A DNA stretch of 55,569 bases, taken from contig MU271468.1 of the NCBI GenBank assembly GCA_021432655.1, forward strand, positions 3,967-59,535. Reading direction: 5' to 3'. Origin of the DNA: Atractiella rhizophila. Taxonomy: Eukaryota. Numbering within the stretch: position 1 is the first letter of the stretch; each line of letters begins with the position of its first letter. Below the pieces are notes generated by a model. That model was not told where the DNA came from and made no database searches. It saw only the letters and a list, made by a program, of their open reading frames with translations. The position numbers were made by a program, and so were the translations under genes. Positions 14,358 to 27,249 of the stretch are shown in pieces.

Positions 14358-15643
14358 CCTTCCTTACGAATTCCTCCTTCGATGCCTTTCAACACGCAAT
14401 CAAATTTCGAACGAAGAGGCGATGGGCCTCTCGAATGCCTGAACCCATTATATATTGGAAGAGTGCAAGTTGGAGCAGAGGGAACACTAAGAGTTGGAAC
14501 AACCCAAGAGATTTACAGCTGACCCGACCTTTGTTGTGCTCCAACGCGATCTGTACTCTTGGAGTACCGATATTCTTTATGAGTTCGCCATTACGCCCAT
14601 CCTTGAGCCTTGAGGTTTCCACGCTTATAGCTTACGCGATATGTTTGTTTGCAAACCTGTCTATAGGTACGTACATTGCATCACGTACGCGTATCGTTGC
14701 TTTCTCATCATCTCACCGTCCTTCTGTGAATGTACTTATCCTCCTCCTCTCATAGGCTTCTCAAAAGGACAAATCAAGCTCTAAGGCCGTCCCGTGTGTA
14801 AAGAGTGATGCGAAACAAATGACGCGAAACAAGTTGGCTTTGACGAGCATGCTGATACCTGAAGCTGTGGTCCGTACATTCTTTACCTTGGGTGCATCCA
14901 GTGGTGCTAGGGTTGTAACCAATTAAGTCACAATGTCTTTTCCCTCGATTTCATACTGTTTACAGTAGACTCAGTAGCCCCGAAGGAATCCGGCAACTGT
15001 TAACTGCCAATATTGCGTATGAACTCGTGGGTAAGTGCAAGCAACATCAAAGCGAAAGATCTAGCGTTGTCTTGTCTTGTGAGTTGAGACAGCATCGAAA
15101 AGTATCAAGCGAAGGTTTGGGGTACACATGTGATTGTTGAACATGGCGTGTACCACGCAACCTACTTGAGTAGAAAAAGAAACCAGTCGTCAGAGCGTGA
15201 ATGTAAAGCCTAGCTACACCGTCGGTTACTGCTGTCCGACCTCTCAATGCTAACTAGTGACACTACTTGACGCTGACATGCGTAAATGGGTGAATGAATG
15301 TTCCTTGCCCATGTTAAGACAGGTAAGGAAGGTAAGAAATTGAGGCATGGGTAAACACAGGTTAGCGTAGGATCAAATGATCTGTACAACCATTGTAATA
15401 AGATGTTGTCAACATCAGTTAGGCCAGGTTGGAGGCTGCGTCAGACGGAAGTGAGCTCTGAGTCGTCTGAACAATCACTCTGTGACGAAACTACCCACCC
15501 CTCAGGTTATAGGTGTACTTTGGTTGGGTTTACCCTGGTTTACCCACTTGGCGATGGTTATCTTCGCATATAGGATCCAATTCGCTACAGTTGCAGCTCA
15601 TCTCCTTACCCTGATCCGGTCCTGATCTATGCCTGATTGGATG

Positions 15644-16275
15644 TGTTGTGCCACTATGTCACTGTTCACAGTTACATCGATGCCAATGACAACATCACGA
15701 GGGAAGTAGCGATATGCCCAGAGTAGCGCTCCCTGCCAGGCCATGCTGGGATCGTGCCCAAGTGATACCTAACAATGTGAGCCAGATCACCCGCGATGCA
15801 TGAAGGATCACGCTCCGGAGTACTGTCACTCAAGGACTTGCAGGAAGCAGGGAGCCACAGGGAAGACAGGGACGTCATGGAGGAGGATCTCTGCTGGCGA
15901 CGCCAACCAGATTGTTCATCCTAAATCTCTGACCTGGCTTGAGCGAGGTTTGAAAGAGATGCGCAATCCTGACATGACCTGAGCTAGCTTGAGATGGCTA
16001 GCCCGAAAATTTGATGGATGCGGGCTGAGAAGCGGGAAGGAGATCTTCCTCCCCGCCGGATCTTACATGGCGTCATACACAGATCAACATGCGATAAGAC
16101 CCATGACCATCAATTGTGCTCAGTTGATGTTTTGAGCTGTGATATCAAGTGATACGTATAAAAGGCCGAGCTGCTGTTAATCGATCACCTCCCCTTTGAT
16201 AATAATTCCCTCACAACAACTGCGACCTTCATAATATCTGTGCTGTAGACCTTGGGTACCTATTCCACCACAATA
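15644..16275. mobile_element. Candidate solo LTR
   Basis: Starts TGTTGTG (15644). Possible inverted ends are CACAACA (16212-16218) or CACAATA (16269-16275). Internal TATAAAAG at 16157. About 600 bp, non-coding, no clear target-site duplication. Confidence 0.35.
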
Positions 16276-17386
16276 TCTGTTCAATAATGTGCTCTAAATC
16301 TTCGTATGTTCGTCTTTTTGTCAGGCTGAAAGGGTTTTGAACGATGACATGAAGGAAACACATCTGCTCAGCTCAGCCTCCTCCAGCTGGGTGTGTTTGC
16401 TCTGTTGCTTTTGCCGCTTCGTTCTCATTGACCAATTTTTCAGAGAATATTACTGTTGTTTCTGTAGGTTGCCTATACCTAGACCAAGAACTGAGCCGAG
16501 GCTGAATGGCAGTTTAGGCGGGCGGCGGTTCTTCGACATCGATGCTTTCCGAAAACATACGAACTTTTGCCAAGGGTGAAGCTTGAAGTGGAGTAAAGAA
16601 CTCCGTGCGTCGCTCGACATCTGCTTTCAGGGTCTTCTTAGCTGAGCGCCGTAGATTCGTTTCCCGGTTTGCATTATCGACTGCTGAGTGATCGCACGTC
16701 TGCATACGCCTTCTGTCCATACCCCTCGTCCGGCGTCGAGCTTCAATCTGTCCCACCTCAAGATAACAATCCTCGTTCCGGCCGTTCCTCGTACCATCGA
16801 TCTAGAGTCGTTCCCTCCCGTCTCTCAACCACACACGAACATTTGTCGACGGCCGCTCAATTCGTTACATCCTTTTGTGCATAGGGACAAATTTGTATGA
16901 AGTTCCATTCTTGTATCACCAGACAAAACGTGTTCGAATTTCTTGTACTCAGGCTAGCTTCATTAATATTGTCAATATTTCAAATCGATGTACATATATT
17001 TTCTACACACGTCCATCTTGGCCTGGGGGAAATAAATTTGAGACCTCTGCGTGGACGGTCGCACGCTGTGATTTTGGTTGGGAAGCCACAAGCCACATTC
17101 TCCCTGCAGAATGTGATAGGCTACTTAATAAGTCAGCTGGCGACGAGTGCGGCGAAGTTGACCAAGAGGCTTATCATAATCAGCAATAGCTGATTAATCC
17201 GGTTCATGCTCCATTTGCTCCATCCATCTCTTCAACAACAGCTTTCAACGAATTTCAGCTTTCAGTGTCGGAATCGCATTTAGTAAGCTGCCCAGTGACC
17301 TTGTTATAAATCTGCGGGTCCCCTTTATAAAGACGACGTTTAATTTCAACTTTGCGCGTCCAAGTGTGCCAGAGCGATAAATCAAA

Positions 17387-17901
17387 ATGCCATACCTGAA
17401 CCTCATAGTCAACTTCACCGTGAGTATTGGATATGGACTGAAGACCTGACTGATGAGCTGATGGACGATTGATGATTAGGTACCAGACGAGAAAGCTTTC
17501 TCTCTGGCTTTCGCTAAAGCTGGAGGGGAGATTCTGGGTAAACCAGAAAAGTACATGTCCACCTCTGTAACGACCAATCCTTCCCTCAACTTTGGCGGAT
17601 CACACGATAAAGCTTTTCAATTGCATATCACTACTCTGGGCAACTTGTCAGTCGAAAAAAACAAGGAGTACTCCAAAAAGCTAAGCGAGTTTTTGGAGAA
17701 GGAGTTGGGCATCAAGTCGGATAGGGGATATATGTGCGATTCCTCTTCATTCTTCGATCTATAATCGATTAACTGACGTCACATAGCACCTTTTATGATC
17801 CTGGGAACGCATACCTTGGTCTGTGATTTGTTTTTCGAGATGCGCATTAGCTCACAAGGATTCTAGGCTTCGGAGGACAGACCTTTGATGGGCTCCTTTG
17901 A
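17387..17901 (+). CDS. Macrophage migration inhibitory factor (MIF)/tautomerase family protein
   Basis: MPYLNLIVNFT gives the catalytic Pro-1 after Met removal. Also ILGKPEKYM, NKEYSKKLSEFLEKELGIKSDRGY, and final short exons FYDPGNAYL|GFGGQTF. Confidence 0.9.
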
Positions 17902-18463
17902 GTATCAGTTATTCGTGGGGAGTTCAGCGAGTGACAGGGGTTCGCGAATAAACAAATGGCTGTACTGAATATGAAGGTTTATAAACATGTATTTGAGTAA
18001 TCTTGGATGCGTGCACAAGGCAAGGTTGTTTTAGACGTCCATAAAGCGAGACTGAGACGGTAGGCAAGCAAAGGATACATTTCACACGTCACTCTACTAA
18101 AACAGGAAACACTCTTTCAAGACACAATACTCTTTGCGAAATTCAAGACGGTTAAACGGTTGCAGATCAGCTACTGTACGACAGAAGGATAGAAATTCGG
18201 TTTTCGCAAAATAATCAAAGAACGATGAGAAAGAGAACGACAGGATTAGAAAAGAAGGAAGAACGACTTGAACGAGGAGACGGAAAAGAAAGACAAAGTA
18301 ACGTGTGTGCTCAAACACACCGAAGATAGAAATGTGGGAAGACGTGACTGGTTGGTTGATTGATTGGAAGAACGGCCAGTGGTCGAACTCGTCTTCTAGG
18401 CTATATATGTTCTCATCAATACCAGTCTCAGGAGGCACTAACAAGAAACGCACCTTTCGTCCA

Positions 18464-21400
18464 TCAATAGCTCAACACTCTGACTCCACCCTTTTCTCCT
18501 GCACCTTTCTTGTCTACCACATTCAACACAAACCTTCCAACGATTGTCTCGGTCTCTTCATCCTTCACACTGCTGACCATCGATCCCCCTCGTCTTGTTG
18601 GGGAAGAAGGACGACTAGGAGTCTTCTTCTCGACGACCCTCACTCTCACTTCGTCGCCTATCCCATCAGAAGACGAAGGGATCCCCCAAAACTCCATAGC
18701 ACCAGTATCAAAGTTTATCCATCCTGGCAATGGTCTTCCATCCGTCTTTACGTCCGTGGGATAGTCGAGAACGGCACGGTAGGAAGTTTTCATGAGCTGA
18801 ATTGCGCGACCCGGACTGCCGATTGAAGCCTGCGGAGGCGGATGGATGGAGGGCGTGAAGTGAAATGGCTCCCCTGGAGAGACGGTGATAGTTATAACAT
18901 CTAACGGCGAGGTAGACGTTCTGTGCATCTTCATTCCTTTAGGTTCAGAACAGACGGTTGCATTTGGGTGATTGTAGAAGTCGTGTGATACCGTGGATTT
19001 GTTCGAGTTGGAGTAGACACCAGGAGATCTGGGCGGAGGGGGATTTGGAGAGTCGAAGAAAATGGCCGAAGTTGCTGGAGACCCCTGAGTCGGCTGATGC
19101 GTTGACCACTTCCTGTTCCTCTGTGAATTTACCTCATCGCTCGCATCTTCAAACATTGGGTCGATTAAATCACCCCTCTCTCCCTTATTTACACTGCTCG
19201 TCCTCCCTCCACCACCAGCTCCAAATTGCATAAGTTTCGGTTGGACGGAACTGGAGTATGAATCCCCATGAACGAGTGCCTCTGCGGAAGTGGAAGTCTG
19301 TCCATCGACGGAGGTGATAGTAAGATTGAACGTGGAGGGGAAGACCATCGAGTCCGTATTAATTCCACGATAACCATAAGGATTGTTAGTCTCCCGCTCC
19401 CTATCACTCTCCGAAGAAGAAATTAAACGGATGGCCGTCTCCCGATCTGTACTTCTGCCCTCTTCTCCGCTACTCTCGTTACTGCTTCCAGGAATACGGG
19501 AAGGCCGTGGAACAAAGTCTCTCCTCTGCCTAGGCAAACTCCTTCTCTCCCTGTCGCTCCCAGTTCCAGAGCTCCCCGTCCTTGACGAATAGAATCCACT
19601 CTCCTCGCTCTCCCCTTCTGAACTAGAACTGTGCGAGCGCCAACTATCCCTCCTCATCTCATCCCTCACGAAGCTGATTTCCGGCGCAGTAATAGGGGTC
19701 GAGCGATCAATGCCCATCCCAAAAAGCGAATTGGCAGAATCAACTCCACCCCGCACTCTTCCGCCTATAACTCCCGCATCACTTTTCCTGCCAAAGATTT
19801 TGAGTAAGTCCATCCTCTTCGCCGCTCCTCTCTTCTCGCTCGAATGCACGAGTTGTTCGAGCGGCCCAGGAACATAAGCCCTCTCCGGAGAGGTAGGCAT
19901 GACGACTCCAATCCACCCAGGCCCGTCCTTCTCCGCTCCAGCAGTCTTCTCCCCAACCAGCGCACCGACGCTCGAAACGCTCGGGCGACCCGTCGTTGCA
20001 ACGGCCGTGACTGAAGAACGACGTCCAATGTCAAAATTGGGGCCATTCAGAGCGGGCGAGAGGAGGGCGGGCGAAGCAGCGACAGAGGGTGCGGCAACAG
20101 GAACTCCATCGCGGCCGTCGTCTGAGTCAGAGTAGTGACGACGACAGCAGGCCATGAGTACGGCGAAGAGGATGAAGGCGCCAACGAAGGCTCCTGAGAC
20201 TGTGGCATAGCCCATCGCGTCGATCAGGCAAGGTGGGACAGCCAGAAAGGAATAACATACCGGCCAAAGCTATCTTCCCTGCTTTCGTCAAATGGCCGTG
20301 TCCTCCTCCTGCCTCCTCTTGATCGTCTCCCCCACTCCCGTCTTCCTCCTCCTCTAATTTCATGACCATCATCGTCGACGAGGTGATTCCATTTGCTGCA
20401 TCTGTACCCGCGAAAGCGATTTGCACATTGCCGTATTCCGGAACGGGATCGGGAACTGTTCCTTTCAGGATCAAGGTATCGTCATCGAAGACCATCCAGT
20501 CCCCTGCCTGAGAAGGTGAGAAGCTTGCAGAATACGAAGCTCCAGGAGCAGTCTCAGCTGGAGACAGGTCGTAAGTGAAGGATTTTCCGGCGTAAACTGT
20601 AAATGGTTCGAGGGTAGGGGCGGTAAAGAGGTCTGGAAAGACTTGTATTGCTATCTCAGTCGTAATCGAGAGGTTGAAAGTAGTGGTGAGCGACAGAGGG
20701 ATGCCCTCGTTATCTGACTTGGAGAAAGATGGAGGAAAGACTCCAGAAATTTCCATTTGGCTAGAGGAAAATGAGAGGAAGGGAAGACTTGAGAGATCGA
20801 CAGTGACACTTTTTATATCCGAAGAGATGAGAGTGCCATTATCCGCCATTCTGAAATCATTCGGATCGATCGTGTACTTCGCTTTTGAGCCAATCGTAAC
20901 GTTCCAAACCCTTATTCCACCCTCTTTGACAGTTAATCCGCCAATGGACGGCGTGAAGTCACTCCAGGAATCACCAGCCGTAGAATTTCCGCCGTCTCCC
21001 AATTCCTCGACGTTCGAAACATGAAGAGTAAAACTCTGTCTCACGTCTCCGAACCCCTCCCGCTCTGAACCCCAGAGGTCAAAGGTGTAAACTCCCTCAT
21101 CCGGCGCTCGAAGACAGTCGAAGGTGACGGTACGGTTATCGAATACAAGCCAGTCAGGCAAGGAGGTAGTGCCGCGTTCCACAGCAGAATAAAAGATCTG
21201 GGCGCCAGAAGAGGAGGTGAACGTGTTATACTCGAAACCGAGTGAGAACGACCAGGTCGGAGGGACGCGTAAAGTACCATCGGATTGGAGGGTACACCCA
21301 TCTCCTCTATCAGCCGCAGACCCCAATTGCCTGTTGAGTGGGACATTTATCGCCGGTGGTGGAGAGGAGAGGAAAAGGAGCTCGAATCCGTCGATTGCAC

Positions 21401-21737
21401 TTGTTCCCGTGACGGAAGAGTTGCCAATGACGGTGATCCATCTGCCCAAATCTTCTCCTTCGGTAACATTTGTAGGAGGTAATCCTGAGAAAGTGCGAGT
21501 GGAAGGGTTGAAGGAGAGCCAAGCCGGTAGATTGTGGGCTGAGTAAATCATGGAATTCGAGGCTGAAAGGTTAGCGGACGAGTAAGGGGCGAATGAGTCT
21601 GGGAGGATGGTAAAGGTGTACGGGAATGAGGGGTGAACGAGTGGCGGGAGTTGATAGGAGAGTGGATGAAGGATCTCGAGCGCCGCCACCGTTATTATTG
21701 TCGTCGCAAAAAGTGTGAAAGAAATTAGAAAGAGCAT
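18464..21737 (-). CDS. AXL2: Axl2-like single-pass membrane glycoprotein with dystroglycan-type cadherin-like (CADG/He_PIG) domains
   Basis: Signal peptide, repeats LPAWLSFNPSTRTFSG, LPDWLVFDNRTVTF, LPFLSFSSSQMEISG and WMVFDDDTLILKG, the VPPTWSFSLGF motif, a TM helix (FVGAFILFAVLMACC) and a Ser-rich tail. One intron near 20215-20260. Confidence 0.8.
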
Positions 21738-23600
21738 CTTCTATCTCGCCAAACTCAGTCAGTGCTTTGACAAACATTTCCAAAAGGGAGGTAGGAGACG
21801 GAAGTCTGGGACATACGGTATCTAGGAATACTGAAAGAAAGGTGGCAAAAGATTGTTGCGATTGTGCGAAAGAACGACTGAAGAGCGCTAGCACTGGCCA
21901 ACTCTACCTAAAGCTCAAGGAGGGGACCTATATATTGCGGTTGTCGAAACTGAATAACGAGCGAACTACTGAGGAAAAAGGGGGAACTACCAAGGACATG
22001 AGAAAGGGTTGGTGGATCCTCGAGCACAATCACGTGAGAGGTAAATATCCTCGTCCGCAGTAGTGCCCGTTATTGTGACCTGTGACCAAGCTCCATGGAC
22101 TTCCTCTTCGAATGGTGGAATAGATCTTTGCATTGATGTACATGGATTGTTGTAGAGAGAATATGGGAGACAAGTTCGTTGTAGTATGAGGGATCCAGAC
22201 AACCTGAGGTGGGTCGGTTCGCGCTGCATCCATTCTCCTCAGGTTCCACCTAAAGCTCCCAACTTGAACATCATTCAAGTCCACTACTTCAACGCTCTTT
22301 TAGGGTTCGCGCTCTGCAGTGGTTTCCCAAAGCCGCTAATTACCGCCAGGTCATAATCCGGGCCCCATCCGTGAATCTTGGAGTGTTGCAGCAGCTCACT
22401 GACCAGATGTTGAGAGGAGAAGTATTAAAGGATTTCTACCATTCCACTTTGTGTACTAATTTTCATGTTAAAACGTGATGAAAGGAGGATGGGCTTCTTG
22501 AGCAAGAAGAATTAAAAGATGCAGAGTGTAAAACTGATGCTGGAGGGAGGACTGCGATAAATCACGCTCTCATTTTTTTGCCCCTTCGTTGGTACTTTGT
22601 GCGGGTTGAGCTCCTTTTCCACCAAGCGTTCCTTCTACCCCATGTGTCATGTAGGTTACCGAATCCAAAACTGGAAAGGCTCACTCGTCACTGACATGAT
22701 ATTGGCCATGACCAAGACCCTGCGGACATCGTCTATGGGAAAGATTTCTACCCTGCCGTCGATGAGGATGCGGTAGCTACCATCAAATTCACCCTGAGAC
22801 AACATGAGAACTCATGACAGACCGCTAAGAGAGGAGAGTGCTGACCTGCAGGACCACATGATTATCGAGAGGTGTATCCATGTAAATTTCTTTTTTTTAC
22901 TGTTACTTGGGCGACAAACTGTTTAGTACGATGACAGGCGACTTGGGTTGCGCTTTTATGTGCAAGATCACTGCGCTCCGGTATTGTGGAGTTGCTTATG
23001 TTGTGGTGTTAAGAATTTAATTTTCTCTTCTGCGGTGCCTATTTATTACTTTCTGATATGAAATCTAGCAAGCTTTATTGATCATCGCATAGCTTGTGGA
23101 TCCTTCTGTGGACGTATCTGTTGGATGGTAAGGAAGGAAGAGCAACGAGTTCAATTACGGTAATGTTGTGCTGGAAGGGCAGAAGAGAGGAGGAAGCAAA
23201 GCAAAGGTCAAAGCTTTGACCCAAAGCAACTTCCAAAAATGCGCCGTTACCGCAGTCCCCTATTAGTATTTTATTCTCACGATCGATTGCAGCTCGAATC
23301 TCGCGTCCAGTTCGTAATTCTTAGGATCTGTGGATGTCTGCCTGCTTAGTTGCAGCGCCTCGTCGAAAGCGTCTCTTGCAAAGAAAGTTTCATGCATGAT
23401 GGTACATACTTGATCTGGGGTTCATCGCTCGATCGTCCGTAATTTTGGACTCGGAGGTTGAATCACGGAAGACTGAGTTATAACCTGAAGTTACTCTAAT
23501 GCTTGTTTCTCACAGCGTCAAACCAAGGCCATGAAGTGGTTCATGCACCGTGAGCAAGTGACGAATTTGAGGAAGGAACCACTGCATACCGTGCAATCAT

Positions 23601-24650
23601 TTGCAACCGATTATACCTTACCATCTTTCACGATCCTTGTGCGCCGCCGAAAAACTTCTTTGCCCTGGTTTTGAATTGGTTCCTTTCCATTGTGATAGAG
23701 TTACTTCGGAAACCTCTTATCAAATCGACAAAGAACGAAAGTTAATACTGACAGACAGGAACGAAAATAAATCAATAGTCACGAAGTGCTGCCTTTGCAC
23801 GAAGGACGGCCGCCTTCACAGTCCCAGCCGAAATCCCAGTGATAGTTCAATCCAACTTTAGTTTCTTGAGTTTCTAATCGCGAATCGTCGTTGTTGGTGG
23901 ATAATAACCATAATTGATTCATTGACCTGAAAGACCAAGCTTACCCGCAGTCAGATCCGGATGTCTTTCTTCATTGACAACGTCCATAAACACGTTAACA
24001 AAGTCCAAAATCACGGCCGGATTGGTCCAGATTGGGTTAATGCAACCTGCCTCAATGAGGATGAAGTTTTGTTTGCCCAATCATGGGAACGTATGAACCA
24101 GTCAGTAGGTATCGACACTGATGCGTGCTTCGGTCGTTTTCTTTTGCTTCGGTCCCTCCCAGACCGTTGGACATCAGGAACAAAATGTTGAGGAAATGTG
24201 TGCCATAGAAAACCAACCGAAAATCGTGCCGAATTTCATAAGGTTGAAGCTTATTTCAAAAAGAATGTTCAAACAAATGAGCATTTGGTCCTTTTTTTCC
24301 TACAATATTCCTCATTGGTGGGACAGATTGATGCTTGACATCCGAAAGAGCGGCAATGATTGGGTAGATAACATCATCCACACACAAAGACCCGGCAAAA
24401 CCAAGAATGCCTACAATCTCTGTCACAGTGCCACAGTTTACGACGATTCACTCGCAGAATAACAACCTTGACATTGGCACGTTGACATGGCACACTTCGG
24501 CCGTATCAGTGTTACCGAAAAGAGGCTTGAAATTGGGAACAAAACGCTCTTTTTCCAAATATTGGAAGGATTGCACAACCAGGGCACGGTTCCTGCGTCA
24601 CCACCACTTAGTCGCCTACCGAAGTTCATGACGGAACATCAGCTCTGACT
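23601..24650 (+). pseudogene. Decayed, apparently intronless ORF remnant of unknown origin
   Basis: ORFs 23601-23861 and 23961-24191 share a frame, separated by isolated stops. Protein-like sequence continues with frameshifts to about 24650. No family recognised. Confidence 0.25.
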
Positions 24651-25232
24651 GGCGCGTCGATATTTGCGCTGCAGCCCTCATCTCCCACGCTATGTGATTC
24701 TTATGAACCTCCATGAACTGATGAGATAACAATTGGTGTCAGCTGCCTTATGAGCACTCCCGCAGGTCAACGCTCGGCGCTCAAGCGCTCATCGTTCAGA
24801 CTTGCGGCACTTGCGCTGGGAATGTCGAATGACGCTGTTCCACCGTCAATCTAGTGCTGTCGTAAGCTTATACCCAATTGCTTAGTATAGTTGTAGAATC
24901 GACGTAGTATTCCGAAAGGGAATCGTTCCAAGGAAGAATAAGTAACTTGGTGAAAAGATCGTGCTGCAGACAAAATAAATTTCGATGAAAGTTTTGGATC
25001 GGAAGATATCTTTCGTCATTCGGCGATCGTTGAAGATACATTAAAAGGAAGAGAATACTGGGCTAGGAAGGATGACCACGTTGACTACTGAACATGTTTC
25101 TCACCTTTCTACGGGCTCGGAGCGACCTAACGCTCTGCGTATCCAGGTCACCCTCCATCCATTTTGCAGGCCGAAGGTATAGGTGACAGCTTTCCAAGTC
25201 AACAAGTTGGCATCTGCGCCAACCTGAGCACG

Positions 25233-25745
25233 ATGGCAGAGCAGGGCCAAGTTCCGCTGGACAATCAAACATTGCACTCTTCTCAAGTTTGTTCCTGCTC
25301 TTCCTCATTCAAATTCGGGCTGATGAAGGAGATTAGATAGACCATGAAGCCAACTTTGAGTCCGCAGGCACTGAGCTTGCTTTTCAACTCCATGAATTGG
25401 CAATGAATGTTCGTTTTCTGCATTCGACGAGACGATGTTTGCGATTGAATGTGCGTGGTCTCCGGTGGTTATGGATTTGGCGCGTCGAGGATTTCAAGCT
25501 TGTCCCTATGAATTTGGAGAGTTTTATGAGGGTGATTCCTATGTGGTCGCGGACGTTCGTTACTTTGCATTAATACTGTGATTCGAAGTAACTCAATGCG
25601 GAGTGAGAAAGTTGGGGAGGAACACTGGAAGCAGATACTGAAGGATGACATCTTCTTTTAGCTCGGTGTTGAAACGACACAGGAGGAAGCTGGTACCGCA
25701 GCCTACCAGACTGTAGAAATTGACCGAATTTTGGTTGCCTCGTCT
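25233..25745 (+). pseudogene. Truncated gelsolin/severin pseudogene, copy 1 (5' half, introns retained)
   Basis: Matches 31618-32165 ([56 protein letters not shown]) with frameshifts and mutated splice sites. Confidence 0.85.
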
Positions 25746-26321
25746 TACAAATACTAAGGAGTTGATTTCGATCCCAGTCACGTGGCCAATAAACAAAGTG
25801 GCCAATAAACACAGTTCCTCAGTCAGACAGTTGTAGTGACGAAGAGAATCTCTGGGACGGATTGGGCCACGGATGCGCATGGAGTGGCAGGAATATGTGG
25901 TTGAACGAATTGCTTATGGTCAAAGGTTTTGACAGCCGTGGGTCGGTTCTAGTTTTCTTGCTGCCGTTGATTTCCTATTGCCTGCAGTCGGGTTTGCGCT
26001 TCACGGCAGCCTCACAGTCGCTCACGAAGTGTCCCATGTCAGTCAGAGAATTACATACCAGAGTCTATAAAACGTCGAAAAGTTATTGTGACCTACTTAC
26101 CGGTCTCAGGGCGTCAAACTCAAACTCGACGGATGTACTCACTACGGTGGTTACGTTCGGAGAAGTCATTATCATGAGGCATTAATGACTATGAGGCATG
26201 AATGGAGGAAGGGAAGTGGAGAAGATTTGGGTAAGATCGTTAAGAAAAGAAAAGAACAGGGATAGAGGATTGGAGAAAGCTGTAAAAAACGAAAGTTTAA
26301 AAACATTTTTGAATAATGCTT

Positions 26322-26894
26322 TCACATTCTGGTCCCACCGTCACTGTGAGCGCCTTGTGTTGCAAGCTTTACTACAGTCTCAGTGGCTCCTGTCGTCGCG
26401 ACCCCATTTAATGCTTGCATGTGTTGTTAGAGCAGAAAAAGCATGTTATTGCAGAATGGTAGGGATGTCCTTGTCAATTTTTGTTTTCAAGATAAAGTGA
26501 AAACAAACTGGGGCGAGAATCTGGGACATTGCTGCAGGACGTAAGAGACTCAAGGATTCCGTAAGTAGTAGAGACGAGAGCAATGTGTTCAGTTTGTCGT
26601 CGCTGCGTTGGTGGCCAAATCGTTGACGACGTTGCCAGGAGCTCCCCGACCCTGCACAGCTTCATAACATGCGTCATGAAGGCCTTTTTAGAATGTAAAG
26701 ACAGCTCACTGGTCATGGCGATAAGCCTGATAAGGACGTCGAGAGCCTCATGTCGTCGGAAGATAGTCAAGTTGTCGTTAATGCGAACTGCGTAAGTACC
26801 ATCACCCTAAGACAGGAATGGATATCTGTTCTGGCATAGAGAGGATGCATGAGCTCACAAGGAGAACAATACTGTTGGGGTTAATGGGCGGCAT
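26322..26894 (-). CDS. Orphan spliced microprotein A (67 or 74 aa; two candidate last exons)
   Basis: Exons 26894-26859 (MPPINPNSIVLL) and 26806-26710 (GDGTYAVRINDNLTIFRRHEALDVLIRLIAMT), then either 26659-26589 or 26413-26322 (...DGGTRM*). Canonical GT-AG introns; minus-strand TATAAAA at 26958-26964. Paralogous to 29460-29743. Confidence 0.6.
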
Positions 26895-27249
26895 ATCGCT
26901 TCTGTGTTTGCTTCGCGAACTAGTTGTGGACTAGGACTGTGAGAGTGCTTTGGCTGCTTTTATAAGAAGGGCTGCCACCTTCGGAAAACAAGCATATCGT
27001 GCCGTGCCAATTCACCGTCATGAATCTTCGTCCAGGATTGATGATACAGGAATAGCTGGGAATAGATCATAGTGGTCATCTTGGAAACCTCAACGCGAAA
27101 GACGAGTTTGGGCGTTCAGATCGATCCGACTTCAGATCGGGCGCTTTCTATATTCATTCAAGGTAGCAAACTCTTACTTTCTCTTGGCATAACTTTTTCT
27201 GGAAATTGACTCACAAGTTGTCTCGAGGTCCTTCTCCCGCTCTGCTTCT

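Noticed and set aside
14890..15560. Scattered GGGTAA/TTACCC words resembling DNA-transposon subterminal or telomere-like repeats
   Set aside because: They are irregular and not tandem, and no TIR pair or TSD could be defined.
18097..18453. 118-aa Phe-rich minus-strand ORF after the Axl2-like stop
   Set aside because: It arises from the pyrimidine-rich 3' UTR and starts at GTG; there is no coding signal.
22380..22900. Protein-like + strand fragments (LTDQMLRGEVLKDFY; YGKDFYPAVDEDAVATIKF)
   Set aside because: Possibly a gene relic, but too short and disrupted to assign.
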